In this document: piece by piece, positions 11,561 through 23,800 of the stretch
Layout of the letters: the number at the start of each line of letters is the position of its first letter
Numbering within the stretch: the first letter of the stretch is position 1
Assembly (NCBI GenBank): GCA_043228905.1
Contig: JBHGNT010000311.1
Location: 1-35,992, forward strand
Length of the DNA stretch: 35,992 nt
Reading direction: 5' to 3'
Source: Azolla caroliniana
Taxonomy: Eukaryota; Plantae; Polypodiophyta
Position numbers and translations under genes: made by a program
The notes under the pieces: generated by a model
The model's input: the letters and a program-made list of their open reading frames with translations, nothing else
Databases searched by the model: none
What the model was told of the DNA's origin: nothing

Positions 11561-14261
11561 CCTCATTTGCGTGTTACCATTTCACAATATTATTCTATCA
11601 CATGAAGTTATTGTGATTTCTAGCTCTAGGTATAATGATTGTTTGGGACCTCCTTGTGAATGGTTAGTCTTAAGCACGGAATTTCTAAGGATTTATCTTT
11701 TGTACTTCAGTTTCCCTTTTAAAAAACGTGTTTGTCTTGCCGCGAAAACTACCCCTTTGTAATTTAAGAAACAAACTAAAGGTGAGCTAGTAGGTGTGGT
11801 AGATGCCCTATTTGATTACTTGAGCTTGAATGTCCTCACAAACCTACCATGTCATGAAGCATTGATAGAACCTCAAACACTACTAAGATATAAACCATCT
11901 TGGATTGCTCGATAGCAATGTGCGAAAATGACAAAAAGTGGTGGTAATATACAACTAGAAATATGTAAAAAGACAAGATAACGCGACCATAATTACTCTA
12001 CATCTTAGCAAAAATTGATATGCATCACATTATCGACAAAAAGGTGAGACAATTCATAATAGCTATGAAAAGAGGAAAATCACTCCAAACCCTCGCTACT
12101 TAAAAAGGAAGTCTTTTTTCAACTTGAGATTGTGAACAGTAACACATTAATAAGCACCTATCCAAACTAAAGTTGATCAAAGCTCATCTTTCAACGTGCT
12201 CTTAAGTCACTGCCAGAGATCCCATAATCCTCCTGAAAAAGAGGTTAGTAATTGGAATATGATGTACTTACTAACATAAATATACAATGCAACTATAGAA
12301 GTGCAAATATGTCATTTTACAAGACCAAAGGATCAAGAAAATGTGAAGAAAGTTCTAATCTCAAAATTAATATGATGATTGTACTTGCAGCGTAATGTTA
12401 GGTCCAAGAGATTGAAATTATGTGTTTCAAGGACAATGGGATCCATTACCCGGAAACTTTTTGTCTTGTTGTAGAAGTGTATTTCAGCCTCATTTGCCAT
12501 GGTAAAAACCTTAACTTTTTCATCTTCTCCTACCACGTATTGATTATCAATGATTCATTGAGTGAAAAGAAGAAGAGCAATGCTTGAAATGCATATCTAA
12601 CAAAGGAACTTCATGAGTATTGTTCAAAGATATCCTTCAATATCAAACAAACTAGACTTGGTTATTGCTTCATTTTAGGCAAAACTAAAATTCCTTGTAA
12701 ACATGCACTAGAAGCTCTAGCGCAAGTGACAAGAACAATGTTTCCATTTTATCTCTTTCCATGCGGACATGTTGGGAAGGGTAGTACTACAAGTATGAGA
12801 GTAGAATGTGAGAAAGTGTGAAACACATATCAAGTTATTAGATGGATAACATTGAATATATAAACATGAGTGAATTCAATAGATCGAATTATTGAAGAAT
12901 GTGAGTGACTCTCGCTCTCTTTAAGTTCTTCATTACTTTTCTCTTGATGTAACTCATTCTTTGTCCTTTCATTTCAAGTGTAAATTATATCTACCAACTT
13001 TCATGAGCATCGTAAGGAAGGATTCGTGAACCAACTATTTTTTGTTTTGATTTTTAACAAGTCAAATCATTCAACATTGTGCCACTTATCATTATGCAAG
13101 TTCTATACAAACTTAACTCGTCAATCAATAGCCATGCCCCACTTTGGATTCTCCTTAGAGTTCACAAATCTCATATGTCATGGATCATGACATATACTAG
13201 TGTGGCTAAGGGGGGTGATTTGAGCAGAGGAGTATGGACTTGTGTTAGAAATGTCTTTAGTGAAGGATGAGAACTCATGGAACACATGAGCCTATGTGCA
13301 TTGGAAAGGATTCTAGAGAGTTCCTTGACAAGCAAAGGAAACGGGAAAGTCTCAACAGACACATAAACATGAGCTTTAAGCATTCATTGGGGACACGAGA
13401 CATGTTTTTGAAGAGACTGAATGGATGGACCTTGTGGTGAAGAAAATAACAATATATAGTATATAAGTTGTAAGTTGTAAGTTGTAACATTAAATTGAAA
13501 ACATATCAACCATAACATACTACCTGCCTATACATTCAAACTTCATAATTGTAAACACGTAACAATGTGAATCTTTCCCTCGAGAGTTAGACATCACTTT
13601 TACTCTTGGTCTGAACCTGAACGTGCATATTGTTATTGCACTCATGGTCGAGGGTTTAAATGTCACATTATTTGTATTTCAATTTCTGTTCTTTCATCTT
13701 ATACATTGAGAATATACTCTTTCTCTTTTAGTTTTATAAGATACATAAATAATCATAATCAAATTCACATTTTTAAGAGTATTCGATGAAACTTTAAGAA
13801 TGTTAATGAACTAGAGTCTACCACCTCATGAATTTTGCCCTATGAGTCAAAATAACAAGCTTGAAAGCTACTTGTCTCGTGAAATTCCAGGGTGAAGTAC
13901 AACTTCTAACGTTGCTCATGAGGTAAATTGGGTGGATATCATAACTTCTCAATCAGTTTAGCCAACTTGTTTCTACTAGGACATGGTCAATTTCTAGTTG
14001 GAAGGCGATAAGAAATTTCAAATTCTAAATTGACCAATTAGGGCAACGTTTGTTTTATGATTAGAGGGAAACAAAAAATTAAATCTCCTAATTAGTGAAA
14101 CAAATTATTGTAAGAAAGTTTAATCGTCAAAACCGTCCATAGTTTTCAAAGATATAATTGGGTAAACCTAAGGTGGTATTAATATGAATTTTGTCAAGTG
14201 ATTATAGGAACCATATCTTTGAGCAAAACAAGCATACTTTTGGAATTGCCAAATGTAGACT

Positions 14262-14400
14262 GAAACGATATACAATTGTACACATTACTGTTTGCATGTT
14301 CTAAAACCGCAATTGCGGATGTAGGCTGAGATTAAAATGATATACAATTGTACTCATTATTGTTTGCATGTTCTAAAGCTACAATTATAGACCAAAATGA
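14262..14400. repeat. Short tandem duplication (~74 bp)
   Basis: gatatacaattgtac.cattac/ttgtttgcatgttctaaa occurs twice. Confidence 0.75.
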
Positions 14401-14881
14401 TGTATGATAGTGTCCCACTCTTGTTCATTATTTGCTTGTTAATTCCAACGAAATTATTACAAACTAAATCGATAGCCCATTGGATCACTCTCGCAAGGTT
14501 CTTCTAAAGAAACTATCATAGGCCAAAATGAGATTGGGTCATGCCATTTGTGTTGGGTTGTTCGACCAATAACTAATTCGAGACCGAAAGCCTAAGTCGG
14601 TTGGTTCTCTTGAAAACAATATACGATCATGACGCCCTCGTGACCACACTCGAAAACAATATGTGATCGTGTGACTCTTGTTGGTTCTCATTGTCCCAAA
14701 GAAACTATCACTTCCTAAGTGACATGGGTAGGAGTAGATAGGCAAACTTAAAAGCAGACATCACTTTTACTCTTTGAGAAAGCTCTCACTCACATCAAAT
14801 TAAAATTTAGTACAAATTGCATCAGAATACAAGTGAGCAAAAAACAAAAGAAATATTGAATGAAAATGGAGGGTGATTTTA

Positions 14882-14912
<31 letters not shown>

Positions 14913-15014
14913 GTTATCACACTCCAAAACTCATGGGGGAGGGGGAGAGGAACATAGCTTTAAACAGTAAGAAGAAAGTAAAGAAGGGAAGAGGAGGATA
15001 AGGTTCTCTAGACA

Positions 15015-15410
15015 TTAGGGTTGCAGTTAGGGTTTCAAGGATTTGGGTGTTTTGGGTGTTTTGGGGGTTTCAAGGTTTTGGGCCTTTTAGGGTTTCAAGA
15101 ATGTTGGTGTTTTAGGGCTTCAAGGATTAGGGATTTTGGGTTTCAAGGATTTAGGTTTTTTAGGGTCTCAATGATTTGGGGTTTTTTAAGGTGGTCTCTC
15201 AAGGATTTGGGGTTTTTAGGGTTTCAATGATTTGGGTTTCCGAAGGTCTCTCAAGGATTTGGACTTCTAAGGTCTCGAAGATTTGGGCTTCCTAGGGTTT
15301 CAAAGATTTGGGTTTTTTTAAGGGTTCTAATGATTAGGGCTTTTTAGGGCTCCGAGTGATTAGGGCATTTTAGCAAGGGTAATTTTGGGTTTCGAGGTTT
15401 CTAGGGTTTA
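15015..15410 (+). repeat. Degenerate telomere-like (TTTAGGG/TTTGGG) array directly upstream of gene 1
   Basis: Many ttagggttt / tttagggtttca / ggatttggg units, ending about 11 nt before the ATG at 15422. Confidence 0.85.
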
Positions 15411-15421
15411 GTGTGGTGAAG

Positions 15422-15850
15422 ATGGAGGATCAGTACAACTATGGGCCAGATCCTCAAGGACCCTTATTTCTGTTAGGGATAGTTATGGCTGCAATAGCCA
15501 TACCTTCTTACTTCTCTGATTCAGCCCAGCTCAGCTTTGCATTGTTACTTCTCCCATTGCTCCTCCTCCTTGCACTGGTATTCTTCTCAGATTCAGAAGG
15601 GGAATCATTAGAAGATTATCACTACAGATCCAATGGATTCTTGAACACTCCCACTTATAATTCTTACACTTCATCCTCTGCTTATAATTCATACTCTTCT
15701 TCTTCTTCTTCTTCTTCTTCTTCTTCTTCTTCTGTATATATCGTATGGCTTCTTAGATATTCCCCTCTGCTCTTCTTCTTCTTCTTCTTCTTTCCATGGG
15801 GTGTGGCTTGCTTCCTGTTCCTGTTCCTCCTCATCTCCTTGGCTATGTAG
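15422..15850 (+). CDS. Small multi-pass membrane protein, paralog 1 (plant 'PWGV'-motif uncharacterised family)
   Basis: 142 aa, single exon. Hydrophobic segments PLFLLGIVMAAIAIP, LLLLPLLLLLALVFF and PWGVACFLFLFLL. Clear similarity to the 27132-27512 protein (GPxPxGPLFxLGIVxxAIAIPxYFS; PWGVxxFLFL). Confidence 0.82.
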   Translation: MEDQYNYGPDPQGPLFLLGIVMAAIAIPSYFSDSAQLSFALLLLPLLLLLALVFFSDSEGESLEDYHYRSNGFLNTPTYNSYTSSSAYNSYSSSSSSSSSSSSSVYIVWLLRYSPLLFFFFFFFPWGVACFLFLFLLISLAM

Positions 15851-16147
15851 CAAAACACATACTATCATATTTCTTCTTCTTCTCCTTCTTCTCCTTCTCC
15901 TTCTTCTTTTCTCATTCTGCCAAAAGCATGGTTTTAGTGATTGAAATTGTAGCCATTGCCAGGACTCGAACTCGGAACCTTGAATTTAACATTCTAGTGG
16001 CTCAACCTTATGGCCTAAATTTAACAGCCCTGTGACTCGAACTTACAACCAACGGTACGCGCCCGAGGCCTTGAATTTAAGCCATTTTTTGCACATGAGG
16101 CTTGAACTTATTACTACCTTCTAGTCGAATCGAACAACCTTCACCAT

Positions 16148-16472
16148 ACAATTGTGTCTGAGCTTCGCTATACAATAGTGTTCAAGCTTTGCTACAATCG
16201 ACCTTCTCGTTACAATTGTGTCCAATGTTTCCTACAATCAACCTTCACTACAATTGTGTCCAATGTTTGCTACAATCGACCTTCGCTACAATTATGTCCA
16301 AGCTTTGCTACAATCGACCTTCGCTACATTTGTGTCCAAGCTTTGCTACAATCAACCTTTGCGACATTTGTGTCCAATGTTTCCTACAATCGAACTTCGC
16401 TACATTTGTGTCCAAGCTTTGCTACAATCGACCTTCGCTACATTTGTGTCCTGTCCAAGCTTTGCTACAATT
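16148..16472. repeat. 38-bp minisatellite (~8 copies)
   Basis: Unit ~ tgtgtccaagctttgctacaatcgaccttcgctacatt. Period of 38 measured from 16271 to 16309. Confidence 0.93.
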
Positions 16473-16689
16473 TACCTGCCCATCATCGCCACAATTAATT
16501 GCCTTTAACTTGGCGATACAATTGTGTTTATACACTAATGTTAGGACAACTCCACCATTACTACCATCATGTGTTCATTCAAGTTAATGTTTGGACAGTT
16601 TTTGTTTCCTTGTATATATGGTAAAGTTAGTTAAGTTCTATGAACAATCTATTTGTTATTGTGGATCCGAGTTATTGAGTTCAAATGTG

Positions 16690-17195
16690 GTTCAAATGTG
16701 GTGTTTAAGAAGGCTATGCCTTTATGTTTGCCGTGCCTTAGCATGCAATGTCTTGACTTGTGATTGTCAATAAAAGTGCACAAAAAAACCCATACAACGG
16801 AGTGGAAGCAACTGAGCTTGAATAAATCTTGTGGATCACATTTTCAATGTTGGAGAGTTACCACATACACGCACCCACACACACACACACACTCTCTCTC
16901 TCTCTCTATTAGTTTGTTGTATATTAGGTCATAATTAGTGGTTAATTGGGTGTTCATATGTGGTGTTTATGAAGGCAATGCTTATATGTTGTCGTGCCTT
17001 AGCATGCAATGTATTGATTGTGATTTGTGAATCAAATTGAACAAAAAAACCAAGAATTTGAATGAAATCAATTGAGTTAGACTAAATATTGTGTTTGATG
17101 TATCATATTTTCAATGTTTGATCTCTTTGACATGCGCACACTCACACTTAGTTTGGTGTATATTACATCATAATTAGTGATTAATTGGTTCATGT
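16690..17195. repeat. Diverged tandem duplication (~260 bp)
   Basis: gttcaaatgtggtgttta.gaaggc...gtgccttagcatgcaatg occurs at ~16690 and ~16952. Confidence 0.75.
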
Positions 17196-20100
17196 GCTCG
17201 ATCCCAATAACTACGTTCCTTGGTTATGTTCATGTAATGCCTATTCCCTAATTGGTTTAGGCTTGTCTTTGCTCTTGGAAATAAGCAGCTCTCGCATAAA
17301 ATTGTATCCGAATATTGCATAGACACGCACCCTATCTCTTTGTCCAATGTATATTGTTTTGGGCTATAGGCCACATCTGTGAAAACAACTCTTATCTCTA
17401 ACTTAATTGTGTGTACATTAGTGATGTAGATACCTTCTTCTCGTGATGTAAATGTATTTGTACATTCATGGACCTCTTGTTATGTTACCTCTAATTTGCT
17501 ATGGATGTTTCGTTTGAGCACTGGGTACTGGGTTATTTTATACATACTTTGGTTTTGGTGTTTTTTTACCTCACATTGTGGTTTACTCCTATTAATTATA
17601 TAAAAGACCTAATTAAAACATAAGTGGGGCCTTAGACTGAAATTTGTGTTGTTTATTCATTTCACTCAATTCATTGGTTTCATCGATCAAATACCATGTT
17701 GAGTTGTAACAATGTTTGATACACGATTATCCATATTTGGTGATTCAGACTTCCACCCTTGTATAAAGTAAACAAAACAACATACGAGAGCCACTCACAT
17801 GTTATGGATGCCTATGCGCATAGGTGACACAACTTTTTATGTACATACTGGACTTGCTTGGTTCAATCCAATGTGGCACACTTGGGTTGCTTGTTGAATT
17901 TCGAACCTCAATTGGACACCACTTCGTTATGTGACTCCTCACATGATGATTAAATTACAATTCTAGTATAATTGAGCAAACTTCTTTTGAGCATTTTTTA
18001 TGTTTTCTGTTTTTTCGAAAAATAGTAAATGGCCTGACGAGTTCAAATGCCTATGGTAGGGCACCAAACAATGATATTATTAGTTATGGTGTCTTTTATT
18101 TGTAAAAAAATCCCGGTCTCTTTGATCTCCCATAATATGGGTGTGAGTGATATTTAGACTATGAACATGCAACTTCCTTGTTTTGAAAAGTTTTTTTTTT
18201 GTGACCCTATTTTCATAACAACTAGTACCACAAAGTTTGTATTGCATTTTCTTTAAGTACCACAAAATGGACCTTGTGCCCGATAAAGGCTAATAAACGA
18301 AGGTCGCTCAGCCAATAGAAAAATTAAAGGTCACTAAGAATAATCTTCACTTCTTGTAAAGAAATACCTAAAAGCTAGTTAATGCCATAAGATAAATTCT
18401 TGTACTCACATTGATCTCCCTTTAATTTGAAATGCGGGAAGTGGTTTTTGTGATCATGTGAATGTAATACAAGTAGGGAGGACATGATCATAAATTTTGC
18501 TACACACAACCCTTCAATCCATGACCATTAAACTCATGATAGTGAACTACGCCATGAAATTCCAGTCAACATTGTGAACTTTCTCAAAATGGTTTCGATG
18601 GTTTTGTAGGATAATCTCTTCTTGAAATTTATAATCGAGTTCGTTGTTGGCTCTAAATTTTTTTATATGCTAATTACTCCTACACACTATAGGAAAAACG
18701 GGCTAGAATTTTAGAAGGATCATTGTCAAATTGCCTTGATCATGAGCATCATACCAACAAAACAGGTCACCCATAAGCTATGCCTAAAACTTATAACCAT
18801 CCATGGCAATCCGAGACACGTCTGCCTCGGCCATTACAAATGTATGTCCATCCATACTTAATCTATTCAGTGTGCAATTATTCATTGTCTCAATCATACT
18901 ACCTTCAAGAGAGGTCATGTACATATCCACAGTACATACTCATGAACATCTATACCCTTACATTCCACGTAAAACCATGCCTTTTCCCAAACATACCATT
19001 AATTGTGACATCCTTGACACATCCATGACATACCCCATCAACATTTACACCCACACATTCAATTTTAAAGCTATGCATTTTAAATCATATCATGACGAGG
19101 GACATTTTGGAAAAAAAAGGGACAAAGGAGATATACTCATTCCCATAAATCGCTTGATTACCCCATCATGTCAAACTAAACAAAAATCGTATTAAAGGGA
19201 AACACTTCTATTGTTGATTGGTGGGTAGTGGCGAAAATGGATTGACAAGGGGTGGAGACTCGAGAGTAAAATGGATTGACAATTTATAGTCTTTTTCTCC
19301 TTTCAACTAAGATAATAGTTTTAACTTTTAACTTAGGGCTCATTGACATCACAGCTTTGTAAGTGCTAAACCTAGAGTTTATTTTATGTAGGTTAGTGAG
19401 GGGGTTGTGTACAATCATTGCTTGCCCACCATAAAAGTATTTACTTGTTCTTAGTACCTTTTACCATGTTCACGAGTTCACAAACCGATTAACTTTCAAA
19501 TCAAATTTGACTACTTTAACTTTCCTTAGAGCTTTCTTTTAACTAGTTACTAACCTAGTTGGATTCTAACTGAAGTATTTATATTTGTCCTCACACCTAT
19601 GTTGGATGGATAACATTGTGTAAATTCATGTTCAATTTTCAGACAACACATGTCCCTTAGCCCCATGGCTCAAGTCTATTCAGTGACAAATTTTTCATTT
19701 TTTAATATGTTTTATTATTTCTACAAATAACCTTGGTTGAATGTCTCTTGCCAGTTATATGTAGTATTTGAGTAATTATATAGTTAATTCTTTCTTTTCT
19801 TCACTGCTATGTAGCTTATTTAACAATGTTTTCACTCTACTCATATCCCTTTATTCTCTTTCGAGAGTTTGGTTCTAGGTTCGGGGCATGGTTGCTCTTT
19901 AATCTTTGTTAGCTCTTCCTTCTCAATGTTATTGTTGATTTCAATCAGAAGAGTTTCACGTAACATATTCCAACTTTAATTGAAGTTTTGTAAAATTTAC
20001 AAGTCAATAGGGGATACTTTTAAAGTAATTATTAAGCATTTACCATTTACTTCATTTCCTTACTTTCAAGGGTAAGGACATGGACATTGTGCCCAATCAA

Positions 20101-20552
20101 TAACTGTCACACATGATGAGAGAGAGAGAGACTCAATAATGTAATTAGGTGTGAAAAGGCCCAAGGGTAACAACTTAACCAATGCTTCACCTACTAGGTT
20201 CACACCCATTACACACTCAATTGGTCGAGCACCATGAGAAACCACAACAATAACTATCTTTTTCATGGTTCCTCACATGCTACCTTTGTGTGAACAAGTG
20301 TCATTATTGTCACCAAGCCTGCTAGTGGCGTTCAGTCTATAAAACAAGAATTCATCAAAAAAGTATAAAGTGGACTATTCAAAGATCGAAATGGCATTGC
20401 TACCAAGTAATGATGCCATCCTCGAGGAGGTGGAGGATGGCTTGCAAAAGCACCTTCCTTGTGACCATGCTCGAACACATTAGGCCACACAACACATTGA
20501 TTCCATACATAGAGTTTAGCATGATCAAACACAATAACCATCTCAAATCTAA

Positions 20553-21028
20553 ACTCCTACTAAGAAATGCCACTCACTGCCATGATTATAACCATCACTA
20601 GCATTAATTCATTGGGGTTCCAATGCACTAGATGGGAGAAACCTCTTGACGAAAAGAAGAGTTGAACTTGACACAACATCCCACCTTGAGGCGCCCACTA
20701 AACTTGATGGTCCAACGAGTCAAACAACCTCCTTTATAGTAGCTATTGTGTATCTTGAACATCTGAATGTTGCCCCCCCCCCCCCCCCCCCACTCCTACT
20801 AAGAAATGCCACTCACTGCCATGATTATAACCATCACTAGCATTAATTCATTGGGGTTCCAATGCACTAGATGGGAGAAACCTCTTGACGAAAAGAAGAG
20901 TTGAACTTGACACAACATCCCACCTTGAGGCGCCCACTAAACTTGATGGTCCAACGAGTCAAACAACCTCCTTTATAGTAGCTATTGTGTATCTTGAACA
21001 TCTGAATGTTGCCCCCCCCCCCCCCCCC
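20553..21028. repeat. Near-identical 239-bp tandem duplication ending in poly-C
   Basis: Copies at 20553-20791 and 20792-21028, ending in C19 and C17. The ORFs at 20646 and 20885 have identical N-terminal parts. Confidence 0.95.
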
Positions 21029-21728
21029 TCACACAAGGCTTATCCCCTCCTCAACAAAGGCAAGCAAGGTAAAAAAAGAAGATTGTCTTCCATCAACACC
21101 ACAATCAGAGTGACTTGCAACTTTAGTTAATGTTTGTCCCTAATGACTAGGGAGATATTTTTCCTCTAGAAGACAACGACAACATTGAGCTAACTCAATG
21201 ACTCTCTATATGTTCAAGTACATCACTGAATGCAGCAAATGGTACGTAGTAGCTCCCTGCGCAATGTGATCTGTTACACCAATTGCATGAGTACGACTAA
21301 TATCTCTCGCGACTAATGCGAGTTGAGTAGCTCACAATCCTTACCATTGACTCGGTACAATGATTGAAAGCAGAGCTAGCCAAGGCCTAGGTGACCATTT
21401 GGAACATTCAATCAAAATGAGTCGCCATGAGAAACAACGACAATGAAGCCCTTGTAAACCTCACCACTACCTTGACTAATCTAGAAGTTGAGTTGGCATC
21501 ACAAGTGTCTAAGGTTAGAGGCTTCAAAAGTTTGCGAGTGACAATATGGACTTACAAGAATGATGGCAAAATGCCTAGAAAGCAATTGTCTTTTGAATGG
21601 GCCGAGTGGTAACCAAACACATGTGCATCATTGATGTCAAGGACCAATTACAAGCGCCTATGCAACAAGAAGCCCAACTGTACCCCACTTTATACACTTG
21701 CCAAGCCAAGAAAGCAAGGGATATGACG

Positions 21729-21970
21729 TATTAACCATGGGACAATAAGACAAAGGTGTGAAAAGGATCATAAAAGTAAAGTGTGAATGGGAAGATGTAG
21801 GTCAAGTGTGCAAAGATAAAAGAAGACGAGCACTAGTAGTCGAAGGGAAAAGTAACCAAAATACAAACAACCGAAGAATATGCCGAGAAACGGATGGTCC
21901 CGCGAGCTCTCACAAGAGAAATCGAGTCGGACGACGAGCAGGCGCTGTAGAAAATCGGCCGGAAATGGCA
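21729..21970. mobile_element. Truncated LTR related to the 23820-24440 LTR
   Basis: t(a)ttaacc...ggacaataagacaaaggtgtg...taaaagtaaagtgtga...taggtcaagtgtg...gggaaaagtaacc aligns with the start of the 23820 LTR. Similarity fades after ~150-240 bp. Confidence 0.75.
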
Positions 21971-21996
21971 AACCAAGAGTCGTTGCCTCCTCATCG

Positions 21997-22405
21997 AGCT
22001 TCCTGAGCTTAACACGGCATTGGTCGAAGCTTACCGGGAATTGGACAAGATGACCTGCGCAACATTTTAGCAAGCAACATCAAATGATGCGGGAATTGGA
22101 GGAATAAAAATATACATTGTTTGAGTACCTCCACGAGGTATAGACCGGGAACGGTACCAACTGTCATGGTGACACTCACATGATGCCTCGAAACTTCCGG
22201 TAAGCTCCCGGTAAGCTTCCTGAGCTTAACATGGCCTTGGTTGAAGCTTAACGGGAATTGGACAAGACGACCCGCGCAACATTTTAGCAAGCAACATCAA
22301 ATGATGCGAGAATTGGAGGAATAAAAATATACATTGTTTGAGTACCTCAACAAGGTGCAGACCGGGAACGATACCAATTGTCATGGTGACACTCACATGA
22401 TGCCT
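21997..22405. repeat. 217-bp tandem duplication spanning an ORF end, a tRNA-3'-end-like tract and an LTR start
   Basis: agcttcctgagcttaac...ccgggaacg(g/a)tacca..tgtcatggtgacactcacatgatgcc occurs at 21997 and 22214. Confidence 0.9.
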
Positions 22406-22748
22406 TCAAAGGATTTAAACCCACAACCTTATTATACACATGTCAAATCCTTAACCATTGTAATAATATGTTTATATGTATTTAGAATATATTTAATCTA
22501 ATATCATAAAAATATTCTAGCTAACTGTACATTCCAAAATTTCCTAGAATATTCTAGAGTATTCTATATTCTAGAATCTTCTAGAATACTCTATAGGGAC
22601 TTATAAATAGGGATGTATTAATCATCCCAAAACCAAATTGGTTCAACGCCATTCTAGAGCTCCTTGTTGCCTACTCTTTGTAATCCATCTTATAGTGTAA
22701 TATAATACTTTCCTTTTCAATTCTCTCTCTGTGTGTCTTAATACTATC

Positions 22749-22749
<1 letters not shown>
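22379..22749 (+). mobile_element. LTR of a second family (LTR-B), TG...CA
   Basis: Starts TGTCA and ends TATCA. HSE array then TATAAATA (~22602), followed by ttgtaat/aatataata and a pyrimidine-rich end. Preceded by ...tacca + 2 nt. Confidence 0.65.
22543..22610 (+). promoter_or_regulatory. Heat-shock element array + TATA box in LTR-B
   Basis: TTCtaGAAtcTTCtaGAA at 22569-22586 (four alternating nGAAn units), more GAA..TTC units upstream, and TATAAATA about 15 bp downstream. Confidence 0.7.
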
Positions 22750-22780
<31 letters not shown>

Positions 22781-22782
<2 letters not shown>

Positions 22783-23696
22783 CCAACAAGAGCTAGAAGA
22801 GAAGAAGAATCAGATCCTCCGACAGTACGAACAACACGCGGAGCTAATGGAGGCAAAGGTTGCCGGACTAAGCACCTCATACCAACTCCGGACAGCTCAG
22901 CTCGAACTCAACGCTGAGACTACTAAAGCGGCAATGAACACTCTATGTGTCAAGTATGAAATGGGCGAAGAGCGGGTGAAGTCATTGATTGCAAAACATC
23001 GATAGAAGTTGAACCAAAAGGTCGAAGAGGCACTCGCTCGAGGTTGGAAAGAGTGGTCGACTCAAACAACCGAGTTACAAATATTCTGAACAGATGAAGA
23101 GAACCGAAAAAAGGAGGGCCGTGGATTCTATAAAATGGATGAGAATAGTATTGAGGTGCTTTGAGAGGACCTCACTAAGGAGTTCCACATTTTGGCTCAG
23201 ATGTGCATACCACATCAATCAGAACCCTCCTTGAGGAATTCAACTATGATAAACTCCTCCTCACCATTGAAGCGGATAGGTACGAACGCAAGTGCCTCCA
23301 GGCCGTGAAGGAAGAATTGGCCTCGGCACAAGCATCAACAGAAGTGTTGTTCGAAAGTGCAACACAAGAGCCGAAAGTAGAAGATGTGACGCGCCCGGAC
23401 TAGGAGATCGAACCTGTGGTCGAACAAAACACGGAGCCAAAGCAGGAGGGAGTGGCTCCAGAAGCTATGCCGGCGGTTCGAAAGTGCAACACAAGAGCCG
23501 AAAGTAGAAGATGTGACGCGCCCGGACTAGGAGATCGAACCTGTGGTCGAACAAAACACGGAGCCAAAGCAGGAGGAAGTGGCTCCAGAAGCTATGCCGG
23601 CGGTTGCAGACCAACAACTAGGTCTATCGACCGAGCTCCACCCAGACGAGCCGAAACCGGAGGAGGGCATTCGGGCAATTTTGGAAGAATAATAGT
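22781..23696 (+). pseudogene. Decayed acidic coiled-coil ORF inside the LTR complex
   Basis: Reads HQQELEEKKNQILRQYEQHAELMEAKVAGL...KLNQKVEEALARGWKEW...LLEEFNYDKLLLTIEADRYERKCLQAVKEELA...PKPEEGIRAILEE**. Contains in-frame TAG/TGA stops and frameshifts. 5' end is cut off by (CT)n at 22752-22780. Confidence 0.6.
23349..23605. repeat. 127-bp tandem duplication
   Basis: gttcgaaagtgcaacacaagagcc...gctatgccggcg occurs at 23349 and 23476, nearly identical. It frameshifts the ORF. Confidence 0.93.
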
Positions 23697-23800
23697 GTAT
23701 CATAGACTATTTTTTCAATTCTTTCATTTCGGATGGCAATAATTTCAATTTTTCGATGTCGATTTCTTTGGTTGATTTTGGGTTCAACATGGAAGGCACT

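Noticed and set aside
12330-12540. Possible RTE 3' fragment (RLELSSH-like)
   Set aside because: A single short motif is insufficient support.
15021-15230. G/F-rich ORF (also 26858-27115)
   Set aside because: Translations of telomere-like repeats starting at non-ATG codons.
15955-16110. Minus-strand B-box-like motifs (gagttcgagtcc)
   Set aside because: No clear A box or element boundaries. Too weak to call a SINE.
16148-16587. CRISPR-like repeats and the overlapping ORFs at 16154-16587
   Set aside because: Head-to-tail 38-bp units with no unique spacers, in eukaryotic DNA. The ORFs are by-products of the repeat.
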